Shown: in pieces, positions 39,204 to 51,386 of the stretch
Layout: the number at the start of each line of letters is the position of its first letter
Numbering within the stretch: the first letter of the stretch is position 1
Assembly (NCBI GenBank): GCA_964304625.1
Contig: OZ199839.1
Coordinates: 92,577 to 156,576 of the forward strand
Direction of reading: 5' to 3'
Length of the DNA: 64,000 bases
From: Kudoa neothunni
Lineage: Eukaryota; Animalia; Cnidaria
Program-made: the position numbers and the translations under genes
The notes under the pieces: generated by a model
Seen by the model: only the letters and a program-made list of their open reading frames with translations
Database searches by the model: none
Told to the model about the DNA's origin: nothing

Positions 39204-40449
39204 CTTTATAAAGCTCAGTGGACCCCTTTTTGGTCCAAAATTTAATTAAATGCTTATAAAATTATAGGGATCTTCTATATAACAAAATTAATATTACGTA
39301 AATTATATCATAAATTTTATGTAATTATATTTACAGGAGTTAAAAAAATGTTCTCATCCTATGTACTTTTTTCTCAGATTTATCAATAAGTTACACAATG
39401 ACTCAGTGGACTCTTTTTTGGTTCAAGTATAAATTGATCGAATAAAGTCACCTAATTATCGAAAATTATTTGTTTATATATTATTTAATTACAAATGAGA
39501 AATGATATTTTGTGTTATAATTTCAGTAATCCATCAACAACAAATATCCTTGGAGAGTGATTTTTGTAATATTTAGCTATTCATCGAATCTTTTAATTCT
39601 TTAATCTAAATTCAGATTTTTCGGAAAGAAATGAAACTTTAATGTATCAAAAACATTTCTTGTAAATCATAATATATAATATTGGGAATGAAACCTAAAT
39701 AAACATGATGTAATTTTAGTTGTCGAGCGTTTAAATAGGAGATTCAGTTTTATACATACAAAATGAGTGATCATCGTAATTATTCAAATAATAACACAGA
39801 CTACAAACGAATATTTTTTCAAAAAAATTCAACATAATTTAATAAAAATTGCTGAGACGTACAATTTACGCAGTAAAGCCACGAAGTTGTTTCCATGGAA
39901 TCATGGTCGCCACTCAACAATAGGTTATCATTTTTGTCGTTCCAAAACTTCTATATATTATGATCAGATTATTTGAAATACGATTTAATGTTGAAATATG
40001 TTTCGGGAAGGAAGGTATCGAAATCAAACGTATTATTCCCAGCCGTTACAAATCTCGTAGCGTAAAAAAATTAATCCGCTTCTCAAACATTCGATAACCA
40101 TAATTACATCGTGTTTATTTAGGTCTTATTCCCAATAATATATATTATTATTTTAATAAAATGTTTTAAATATATTAAAGTTTAGTTTCGTTCAAATTAA
40201 TTTTAATTTATGATAATGAATTAAATGATTCGATGAATAGCTAAATATTACAAAAATCACTCTCCAAGGATATTTATAGTTTATGGATTACTACAATTAT
40301 AACACAAAATATCATTTCTCACTCTTAGTTAATTAATCTATAAACAAAAAATTTTCGATAATTAAGTGACTTTATTCGATCAATTTATACTTGAACCAAA
40401 AAGGAGCCCACTGAGCCTTTGTGTAACTTTTTCGGTGAGCTTTCTAGGG
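39204..40449. mobile_element. Foldback-type / piggyBac-derived non-autonomous element with ~215-bp internal inverted repeats
   Basis: 39388-39605 is the reverse complement of ~40215-40429 (e.g. ttggttcaagtataaattgatcgaataaagtcac). The outer ends carry a degenerate TTAA-ctttataaagctca TIR. Confidence 0.7.
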
Positions 40450-40748
40450 TTCATAACCAGTTAGGATTAAATACTGGAGGTAGCATCATAGCGTTGACAA
40501 GGATGTCTCATTTCGGACAAATTTTTTTACTCTTGTTTTTTGAATGGTCGCGTAATCGCATAACAAAACTTTAAAAGTAGGAAAATATCGCTTATTTCAT
40601 AATCCAAAAGATGGAACACAACTGTTTTTTATTCTATTACGAGATTTTTTCAAATAAATATTTCTATACTTGGCGTAATACTTTATTTAAAAATCAAGTA
40701 TCCGCAGAAAAAATTTAGCAAAGCTAAATTAAAATAATACATTTTAAC

Positions 40749-41780
40749 CTTCGAAGTAAAATGGGGTAGAAATCTACCCCACGTGATATTTAAGTCATTT
40801 TTTACTCAATAAATTAAAGATAAATGGTCCAAATTCAGTATAATCTTATAACCGTTTTTATATTGTAAATATAAGGGATAAAAAGGGGTCAAGTTAAATT
40901 TGAAAAAAGTTACTTCAACAATACCTTCCAAATATAAATGGGGTAGAAATCTACCCCAGAATTTTTTTGATTAAAACTGTTTAAAATAAAAAGTTATTTA
41001 ATTATGAATTGTATTAGGCTATTCTATGGATTAGTTTTTGGGTAAATCATGAAATACTATTATTTAGCCACATGTGCGCATGCTCTCCTATCGTTTTGTG
41101 TGCGATGAGTTCGTGTGGATACAGTGAAAGTTGCTCAGATTCCGACTCATCGGATACTTATTACGACCTATTAACGTAGAATCTTCAGAAAGATGCGATT
41201 TTGATATAAATTTTCCAGTCGATTGTTTTATTGATAAGAATGGAACATTGTAGAGGGGGAGCTGAGACTCCATTATCTACTCAAACACCAACTGAAAACA
41301 CCCTGTGAATCGTTTCGGTGTTTCCCATTTCATAAAACAGAATATTAACTCGATGATCGATACATTTCGGACATTCTTCGATCAACAAGTGTATGACAAA
41401 AACTGTCCATATATGTGACGCTCTCCTAGCGTTTTGTTATAAAAAAACATTTTTGAATGTTTGTTGGACATTTCTCAAGAAATAACATCGTTCTCTTGTT
41501 ATTCCTGTTATTATTTTGTATAAATATTACATTTATTAGTTCGCAATAAACCTTTAAATTCTTTTACATTAGAAGAACATTTTAATTAAAAAAAGAGAGA
41601 TTTTCTGTTGATAAGACAAGAGCGTACGGCGAAACGTTAACTATTTAATGTGAGCACATTCGCAACGTTGTTATTATAATGTTTCTTGATTTATTCAAAA
41701 TGTAATCAGTGAAATTTATTGTAACCATTCTATATTATATAACTTTATATTTTAAACAGTTTTAATCCAAAAAATTCGTT
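40749..41780 (-). mobile_element. Internally deleted piggyBac remnant
   Basis: TTAA+ccttcgaag..., the palindrome ggggtagaaatctacccc present twice (40762 and ~40940), Cys/His-rich C-terminal remnant near 41060-41140, and an inverted copy of the subterminal sequence at ~41745-41778. Confidence 0.55.
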
Positions 41781-44079
41781 ATTAAAATCCAAAGAATACA
41801 GAAATTTGAGCTGAAAAAAACGTCAAAAACTTATGGAAATAAGCACATTAAAATATTTATTCCAATTAAGACTTTTATTTTGGATTTTCCGCCATTAGTT
41901 CTCGATACAATCTTGTCATGATCTCGGATCATGCTTGAACCTTTGCGAAGCGTTTTATGCTTGTTTGAATTCTAAATGCTTATATTCTGGAAAAAAGTTT
42001 TAATGTTGATCGTATCCGATGCCAAGATACCATTAAAAATGTTTTTTAATCAATATAAAACATAAGTTTTCGTTAATATTTAAATAAAATTAATTAAAAA
42101 ATGATTTAATTGGCTAATTTTTCTTATTATTAGTGGATGAATGATCCTACATAGAGATAAAACCACATTTAGATATAGTTGTTGTATTCAAACATTGAAC
42201 ATAAGACTTCACAGTTATTCGAAATTAAAGAAATTAAAATTCGACTTGAAAAATAACGTTAGGTTAATTCAATTATCAATAATTGCATATTTTGGGCTGA
42301 ATTAATTCATGACCAACATTTGCTGGCACATGCCTATTGAGTGATTTTTATTAAAACAAGTGCTAATACCCAGTTTTTCCTGGTATTGTGTGATGAAAAA
42401 TTTTAACTTTAAATTTTATATTTAAGTGGATATATTCCACGAAAGATTTAATCTAATTAGCAGGTTAGACCCTGCAAATTTTATTTCTCCATTAAAATTT
42501 ATGAATTTTAAAGCTTGCCATTATTTTTGCAATGTGATGATTTAGAAAAAACAAACGTATACGCGCACTTTACATTCAAATATAAATAGAGGTATTGGGA
42601 GAAATTAATGAGTATTTTTAAGTTTATTTTACAAATTATTGACCAAAACTATGGTGACCTTAATTTTATGAGCAATGTAATTAACAATTAAAGTTCATTT
42701 ATTTATTAGACAAAATCACCAAGTAACTTAAATAGGATTTTCAGTTCTTCTAAAAATTTCGCGATACAAATTAATCCTTCTGGTTATAAAATTTATTATA
42801 AGTCTACAAACGATAAAAAAAATAAAATCAACCCAAGATGCCTCCGAAATATAAATATTAATTGTTACTCCTTTTTTCGCAATTTTATAATGATGCCAAT
42901 GATGTTTTGAAAAGCTGTGAGCGATAACTTACGTATTCACTATTGTAAAAAAATTTCCCAATTTATAAATAAATCCAACCTTGCTTTTCATCAAAAATAC
43001 TTAATGGTTCAAAAATATACACATTTAATTAACAAAATACGATTAAATTAAAAATTGTAAGGGTGTTTTTGGTTTGAAAATTAACAGTATGCTTCAATAT
43101 CAACTGATTTTCTTAAAGGATGCACCCTTTTAAAAATTAACATACTGTTTGATTGCCCTAAAAAAATCTCTTTGTATTGAACTATTCTTATATCAACGAA
43201 AAATTTGTGAAAATATCGGTTAGATCGAATAGACCAATAATTTCCTATTAACTTACATGGCACGTGTTAAGATTGAGAGGGGATTGTATTTTGTGAAAAA
43301 TAATCGTGAATATAAATTCTTAAGTTACGCATAGAATTCGGTGTCGCATGTTTTCATGAAGCTTTTTATCATAATGAATTATTTTTAGCGAAACGAAAAT
43401 TATATATTGATTTGAATGTTAATTTTAAGGTCTGGGGATGGGGAATAATTAGGTCACTAAGAACTTAAACATTATTTTAAAAATTATCTCATCAAATATA
43501 GAAAATTATAGAATTAGTTATGCTAGCTGCTTTGCAAGAAAGATTAGGAAAACCAAAAAATGAGTAAATACTTATCGAAAAGATGAATATAGTTTCAATC
43601 TCAATCGATGAACTTGATAATAAGAAATTGTCACGTCTCAGCAATTCCAATGGAGCATAATTCTCATTTAAGAAGTTATCACAAAAATTTAATTATTTGA
43701 AAACTCTACACACATCCTACATCGTTTTTAGAAGGCGTATAGAGACCCAAATTATTCCAACATGGCAACAATTTTAATCTCGAATTATGTGTTTTATTTA
43801 AAATGATCTTAATCTTTTTCGCTTAATTATATTCATAACGCTTGAAAAATGAGAATACATCCTAAATAATTTGGTTATTCTTAAAATTTTAAAGGAAATG
43901 CAACAACTCTTGTAATGTGGTATTAATGGTTTTATCTGTCTTAAAATTACTCCTAACAGGAATATGTAATATTTTTGAAACATTATACATCATAATTAGC
44001 AGATTCTCTTTGTATGCAATGAGTAAAAGTTCATTCTAATTGATTACTCTTAATTAAACAAACATTAAATACTATATAG

Positions 44080-45185
44080 CAGCGCTTCCCGATTCGTTTA
44101 AGACTTCGGACCCCCCCCATTAAATTAGATATTTTAAAACAGATATACCTTTAGTAGAAAATGAAGTTAGTTAAATTCGAACATAAGTTTTCCAAAAATT
44201 ATACAAAAACAAAAATGAAACAACACTTTTCATAACAAAAAAATATAATAACTGTAGTTAAAAAAATTAATTCGGTGTTTGACTTTTTTCTTGTCTTTTT
44301 TGGAAACAATAACATCAAAGCGAGGCTCTTTATTGGATAATGATAAACACATCATTTTCGGGATTGAGTGAATTTCGATATTTATTTTTTATATAAAGTA
44401 GTGTGGAAAATCCAGCTTCACAAAGCCAAGTTGTTGAGAATTGAACTAATATTTGGAGTGCTCTTTTCGAAAGGGTAGGATATTGAATTAGAGTTCCGCA
44501 CCAAAAATGTTCGAGCGAACTAGAATCAAATAACAATTTCATGGAATGGCATTCTCGCAAATCGATCAGATTTTCTTTTTCTTCGTCATTATCATTCATT
44601 TTGTCCAATTTGAATGCAAAGGGGTTAATGATCCAACTCTCTGACTCCTGTATTTCTCCAGCGGTGAAATAATCATCAAGTGAATATCTCAATCCATCCA
44701 AATGCTCGCATATATATATATATATATATATTTTGAAATCCTCAAAAACATTGCTCGTATCATTCAAAACGATTTCTTCCAGAGAAGGAAAATTCGCCAA
44801 GTAAGCTAGAATAGATGAGAAATTAGGAATTTCAAAAGTACGCGCAAGATCAGATTTTTGTTCGAATAGAAAGTTCTGAATTTCGTTTCTAAGTTCGAAA
44901 AACCTAGTTAAAGCTTCGCCTCGTTAAAGTCAACTGACTTCGGTATAGTACAGAAGTACAGATGCTTCTTCATCCAAGTCACTGCAAAATGCCTTGAAGA
45001 GTCTGTGGTTTAGAGCTTTGCCTTTGATAAAATTTACAATTTTTATGCAAGAGTTCATAACGTTTCTCAAAATTTCTGGCATCGTTTTTGACATGAGAGC
45101 TTGTCGATGAAGGATACAATGGGTAATAGTAACGTCGGGAATTCGGTTCCGCATTAGAGTAGCAAAACCGGATCGTTTTCCAATA
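44080..45185 (-). mobile_element. hAT (Buster/Charlie, ZBED5/SCAND3-like) transposon, 3' half
   Basis: Terminus cagcgcttccc at 44080. Motifs THCILHRQAL, KIVNFIKGKALNHRLF, LLYYTEV, WIINPF, FSTTWLCEAGFSTLLYIKNKYRNSL. Stops and an (AT)n insertion are present. Confidence 0.88.
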
Positions 45186-45189
45186 TTTT

Positions 45190-45321
45190 ATCGCTAGTTT
45201 TCTCTCATACTTTAGTAAATGACTTATTTCATTTTTATCCATAATTGAAGCTAAAAAAGGTGGGGTCCATTGGACCCCAATAGAAGGAATGTGTAAAGTC
45301 AATTTTCAGGCGCTCGGAAGG
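45190..45321. mobile_element. piggyBac terminal fragment (TIR aggcgctcggaagg+TTAA)
   Basis: Contains the palindrome ggggtccattggacccc. The TIR is the exact inverse of 26678-26691. Confidence 0.7.
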
Positions 45322-45849
45322 TTAAACTGTGGCTCTGAGGGTTTGAACCATGTCCGCGACTATTCATTGCATTATCATGTTTGTGTAATTTGATTTTATT
45401 CTCAATAGTTCTCTGAAAACGAGTCATTTTCTGTTTTTATTGTGAAGCATTTTGAAGATTAAAGGGATTAAAATCAACGATTTTAGCTACGCAATAGCAT
45501 GAATTATAAATTTTCCCCCTTTTTCCGATTTTTTTGTATTTTTAAAAAATAAACCAATCAGAGATGAGGTTCTAACATCACATATTATTATTATTAATTT
45601 TCTTTATCATGGTAAAATTATCAAAAAATATGCTCAAATATAATGGATTACGCAATACAGTCTTGCAGATTTATTGCGCACTTTTAGAAATAATGTCGAA
45701 AATTCAAAATATACGAATTAACTATGGATATTAATCGTGAGATAAGAGTAAAATATGTCGATAAATATAATTATAGAATTAATAAATAATTTCTTCGTTC
45801 GGAAAAATAGGAGTGCATGGTTATTACTCACCTGAAATCTGTTGTTTGA

Positions 45850-46857
45850 TTACATAGGTATGGTTAATACGCAGCAGGGAAAATTATCGCTTACTTGAAG
45901 AAAACGTGTAGATTATTAAATAATTGGAAAAATAAGGAACTAAGAGTGGCTCTAAAGCGAGCATCGGTAAGCCCTCCGGCCCCAAATCACTCACCACATT
46001 GAATACAATTGTATCAATAAAATCAAAAATATTTGCAGACTTTATTTCAAGTGATTTAAAATTTTATCGCAAAACTCTTAGAAAAAAAAATTCAAACTAC
46101 TCGATATAAAAATGGATGAATGGGCCAACATTCGAAAACGAGGAACACATAGCTGTCCAGAGAGTACAATATAGTAGGAAAATAAATTAGTCAATGGCAT
46201 AAAGGACCACCCTTAAAACAACATTCCTATAACTGTCTGTCGGGGACAGTTCCATGGGTTTGTTTCGAGATTTAGTATAAAAACGAACAAATTAAATAGA
46301 AAATCAAAAAGAAATAAAGAAATTATTCAAAGTACATCCATCACGCCAAAATTCTGGGACAAATTACAAAGTTAAATTTTTCCTTTTGAAAAATAAAATG
46401 AGCTTGGTTTAAAACAGGAGAAATAACAAATTTCTTGTTGAAAAAATAATTTTGTCATAAACTGCCTTATTCGTTTCCAAAATGCTCTTCGAACAATAAA
46501 AAAATTAATACGAAAATTTTTCACATCTCCCTATTAAAGCTATTATTAGTGCAACGAGAGAATAAATTAAAAAAGCAGAAAAAGTGGTCGCACACCCACA
46601 CAATTTTCCCCTATATGCGATGGCGCGAAAGCATGGATATTAAATAGTGTAGGGTTATTACGCAATCGAGTCGTTCTCCCAAAAAGATGCGTAGTATCCT
46701 TGCATAACTGTACAGAGAATTTACTGTAAATATAATTGAAAAAATTAAAATGTTTAACATTCAATTCGATTCAACGTTTTTAATATTAATGTGGGTCATT
46801 AAATCTTTTTTTTCAAAAAATTATCAGTTACGGGTAAAAAAAGTACGGGAAACACCG
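45850..46857 (+). mobile_element. Old hAT remnant
   Basis: Degenerate DE..N / CDGAK segments and a hAT-like terminus gggaaacaccg at 46847-46857. No TSD found. Confidence 0.3.
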
Positions 46858-47473
46858 ACTTAAAAGTTTATTTGTGTCTAAATTATTTTAATGATAACTG
46901 TTGTAACGCGAAAAAAACCAAATGACAACAATAACAATATGATAAAAATGTGGCGCCCTATTTTAATACTTTGTTAAGCTTGCACCTAACTAAAACACAA
47001 CACAACAATAACCGATCTTTTACAAAATTTATAATCATTTGTTAATGTGTCTCTTCGGTCAAAGAAGGACTACAATGTTCCTTAATGCGAATAATATAAA
47101 ATTCAAACCTATAAAAGGTAATCACGAAAAATGGGATAAAGAAAAATTTTTGTTTTCCTATCGTTAAACATTGTTTATTAACGATGTTCAATGTAGGTTC
47201 CGTAACTATTACGTAACATTTACATAATATCAGGAAAAGTGTAGTAGACATATTTAATTAAAGGTTGTAGCTATTGGAAGATTGTTGGTTTAATTAAAAG
47301 TTGAATTTCGTAATGGTTGATTCTAGCTTTATATTTTTTCAAAAAAGTTCCTCCCATATTTTAACCGATAACTCATTCCCTTCCGATATACACAGTTAAA
47401 TCGTTGAAAAATGGCTACTTAAGATAGTCGAATATTTGCGAGAAAATGCGTCAAAGGGGCTTTACATACGAAA

Positions 47474-48522
47474 ATGCGATTAGGCAAAACCCACCAATGT
47501 ATGATGGGTGCAGCGATGATTCAGACAGCACTAATTTTAATATTTATAGCAACTGCTATGGAAACTGCCATAGTAAGCGATACTGGTGAGATGCTGAAAC
47601 GTTTTTGTACGGGATTGGATTTAATTTTGTGCACCTTTTCAGATAGGACCAACTATTGCATAGGAAGTGCAGCCAAACAGTTGATCACAACAAACAATTT
47701 GATGGTTTACGACTATGTTGGCCACAGAAATAACTATGTTGTCGATAAAAATTACAAATGTTGTATTGATCAGGGAGAATTGTGCCTATTTTACGATCCC
47801 TGCCTAACAAGAAACATAAAAATCAAGGGAGAAACCTTTGAACGCGTCTATTTGGCATTTCTAGGTGGAAAGTACACTCAAAGTGAATTCTCTATTGTGT
47901 ACAACTCGAAAACTAATAAAAATCAAAAATTGGATCCCCGAACGTAATTCCGTTAGTGTCACACGAAGACGACAAAAACAAACACAACTAACTGTTTTCT
48001 TGTAGATACAATTTTAGTGTTACACTTAGCCCTAATTCCAATGGTTTAATTTGGATACAGGTATTAGATTGGTAGGTGAGCTTTTAGTTGATGAATAGAA
48101 TGAAGGTCACTACTGAAAATTGTAATCCCAAGAAACTGCCTCAAGCGCTCCAATGTGATAAACGATACATCACTGCTATCTATCACACACAAACAACCAA
48201 TGCCGATTGTACTTTTCTTAAGAGGCTGGGGAAAAATGGATCAATCAAATTTTTTATCACATTCACTGTTGCTCCATTAATGGCATTTTTGATGATTTTT
48301 GGATATTCAATTTTTAGCAAGAGAGTTCTGCTCGAAGAATATAACCTGGTTGTGTCGGAACAATCCTCCAATGCTAGTAATCAAGCTATTGGAATGGTTA
48401 ATTTACCGGTGGATACTACCAACTACAACTCCAACAAAGTGGATAGCCCTAACTCATGTTTGACTATCAACAAAGAAACTACGCCGGCTCAAAAATCTAG
48501 CAGTGTTGAATCGCAATTATAA
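47474..48522 (+). CDS. Orphan Cys-rich single-pass (type I) membrane protein, 3 exons
   Basis: Exons 47474-47943, 48006-48060 and 48088 (or 48106)-48522 splice in frame via GT-AG. N-terminal hydrophobic segment ALILIFIATA, about 10 Cys in the ectodomain, TM FFITFTVAPLMAFLMIFGYSIF, Ser/Asn-rich tail. No family recognised. Confidence 0.7.
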
Positions 48523-48649
48523 CACTATTTATATATCATAATTTTATTTTATCGCAATTATAACACTATTTTATATATCATAATTTTATTTTTTTCATTT
48601 TGAGAGTTAGTTATGTTTTTCGGTCGGTGTCTATTGACCCCAAACACTC

Positions 48650-50000
48650 ACACATACGATATTTCGTAATCAACTTTACGAGTTGGTAATCCAATTCCGT
48701 AGTACAAATCTTTAAATTTTACCGGCTCTGCCGAATATTCATTCAATTTGTGAGTCAACTATAGTTTAAATCGAATTAAACACTTATGAACTGACGAATC
48801 TAAACTGATACCATCTCTATTTCTTCTTGGTTGTCCTTAAGATTTGATCCATTGTACTTGTTTCCCATACTAAATGGTTGGGTTGGTTATATTTAATTTT
48901 TTAAATCAATCCCTCCACCTAATTTGTTTGTTTATTTATTTATTACCTTACAACATATTCCAACACTTAACATTGTTTCGCTGTTCGGTAAAGCGTTATA
49001 GCCGGTGTGATTGAGACAGGATCTTTTTATGAGATACCCCACAACAAAAATATAGCAACAACGCAACAGTTTACTCTATATGGGTTGTCAACGATCCTTT
49101 ACAAAATCACGATTACCCCACAGATATCATGGCGAATATGAAAATGATAGGTCTATATCTGGAAAAACTCACTCATCATACCAATAGCAGAAATCTACCC
49201 AAAACAGCACCCCTAAATGATTGATCTGTTGAAATTTGAAGAATGTCATCAAATAAGCGCTAATATCATTTAAGAAAGTTACTTTAACTGAATTAAAAAA
49301 TGAATTGGTGTAATAATTCATAAGATGATAACCGAACCAATGGGATCACATGCCGAGCTATTGATCTTACTTAGTGTGTGGAAGTTAGGCTGTAAATAAA
49401 CACGATTAATTTTATTCCTATCCAGCGTAATTAGTTGTGAGATCAACCCTGTATCTATAAATCCATCCTTAAATGGTTTTTAGGATTATTTGTAGAATCT
49501 ATAGACCTATCATAAAATAGAGGTATTTTGAATTTGGCGTATTTAGCTATAGAACATTATAAACTAGCTTAAGGCGATTACAGGCGTTTGACAGGTAGGA
49601 TCTACTCTCAACGAAATGCTCCCTTCACATATTAATAAGAAGTTGACTATTAAACCGTCAGAATATACGAATTAATGGACATTAAACAATCCACCAACAA
49701 AACTCCTTTGTTAAGACTTTTGAGCTTAAAATATGAGCTATGTAAAACTGCAGTTGGCTTAATTAATAACATTGTTTTTTTGAATGTAGACAAAAATTGT
49801 TTTCCTACTTCTTAAATTTCTTAAATAAAGGCGGGATGTAGTATTTAACTTTAATGAATGAAACCTGATAATCAGATTTACCGTCATCGGCAATTTGCTA
49901 TTTTAGATTGATTTTTAGCTTGATTGACTTATAGGAAAATTATGACTACCATTATTCTTTAAAATTTAAAATATTTTAATGACTTGTTTTTTTTACGTGT
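48650..50000 (-). mobile_element. Possible Penelope-like retroelement remnant
   Basis: Degenerate KD...Y.GQS..NLK..TTE pattern (GIY-YIG-like) near 48690-48850. The rest is very decayed. Confidence 0.25.
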
Positions 50001-51126
50001 TTAACAATCACGTAAGATAGCATCATCGACGCTAATCATATGTGTATATGCACTGATTTAAAGTCCAATCGATAGTCGATTGTTGCCTCTGGTTAATTCT
50101 GTAATGCTTGTCTCTAATCCAAAACATTTTTCTGCTGATTTTACGAATAGAGTACATTTTATACGTGAAGTGATCTGATAATTTTTTGTGTCTGTATAAT
50201 GTACAATATTTTCTTTACTTAAGTCAACGTTTGAGCTCTATCATTATCTGATTTCTATATTAAAATAAATTATTAAATTCAGCTAATAATTCACCTTGTC
50301 CCATAATTGGGTCTAACCCTCCTTAGCGCTTGATTTTAAATCAACTTAAGTTCTTTTTATGTCAGGCTGAGGACAAGTGATTGATTTTATTCTCATAATT
50401 TTAATGTTTCTATAATACAATTAGCAGGTATGTAGTTAAAACAAATATACATTACGATACCAACCATTCGTTCTCCTCAGATTCTTACTAAGCCAGCTTG
50501 GATTCTATTTGCAATACAGTGCTGCAACCTCAGAGTTCGATCGTCTTGGATCTCGTATAAATCGGAGTTTGGCCAAAAATTTCGAGTCAGAAACACTTTT
50601 GAATTCGAGCATATATAGAAAGAGTATTCAGAACAAATACAGTTGGAGCAAAAACAGAGAAGAAGAGTCACTCAATCAAATTATGCAACCGTCATCAAAG
50701 GAGAAATATTTATCCTATATTTCATTTTTACCAACATATTTAATATTTACATTTTATAAACACAAGATATTCATGGTTTTTTATAAATAAGAATAAAAAT
50801 AGTCATTTATTTGAGTCGCGGTAATGGATCAAACTAATTCTTATTATTTTGTAGGTAAAAAATTACTCGAAATCGAACACACCACTAGAACGGATTATTA
50901 TCGAAGTTCGCGGTTGCACTGTATTTGTAATAAGGTTTTTTAGTAAATATTGAAATTTTTGATACATAATCATCTTGAATAGATAAAGAAAAGATCAAGG
51001 TTTCTAATAAAGACGAAGAAAAGAAATCGAGTAGTTTTGTAATATAAATAATTAAAATATTTTGGAAGAACAGGAAGCACGATATTGTTAAAGAAAAAAT
51101 TGGAGTCAGACTCATTTAACCCTTAA

Positions 51127-51375
51127 CCCTTAAAGGATAACCTTCAGTTCCATGCACCCATCTTTATATTATTTTGTTTATAAATTTTGTTGTTATGCAT
51201 GTTATATTTTGTGTATATTCGTCAGAATTTTATCTACATTTTTAAAAAAGCATTATCTACCGACCGACATAATAAAATAAGTTAATGGTTTGGCGAAATT
51301 ACATAAATTATAACAGGTTTTACAACAAAATAATAGGGAGGTGGACGCACGAATCCAATGGTTAGCCGTTAAGGG
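51127..51375. mobile_element. piggyBac-type MITE (~250 bp)
   Basis: TTAA on both sides, TIRs cccttaaaggataacc / ggttagccgttaaggg (14/16 match), no coding sequence. Confidence 0.85.
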
Positions 51376-51386
51376 TTAATGGACAA

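Noticed and set aside
44080-46857. Single hAT element spanning both hAT-like termini
   Set aside because: No matching 8-bp TSD, and the internal coding remnants point in opposite directions.
51116-51133. Telomere-like ttaacccttaaccctt
   Set aside because: Only two units, explained by a 7-bp duplication of the TTAA+CCC piggyBac MITE end.
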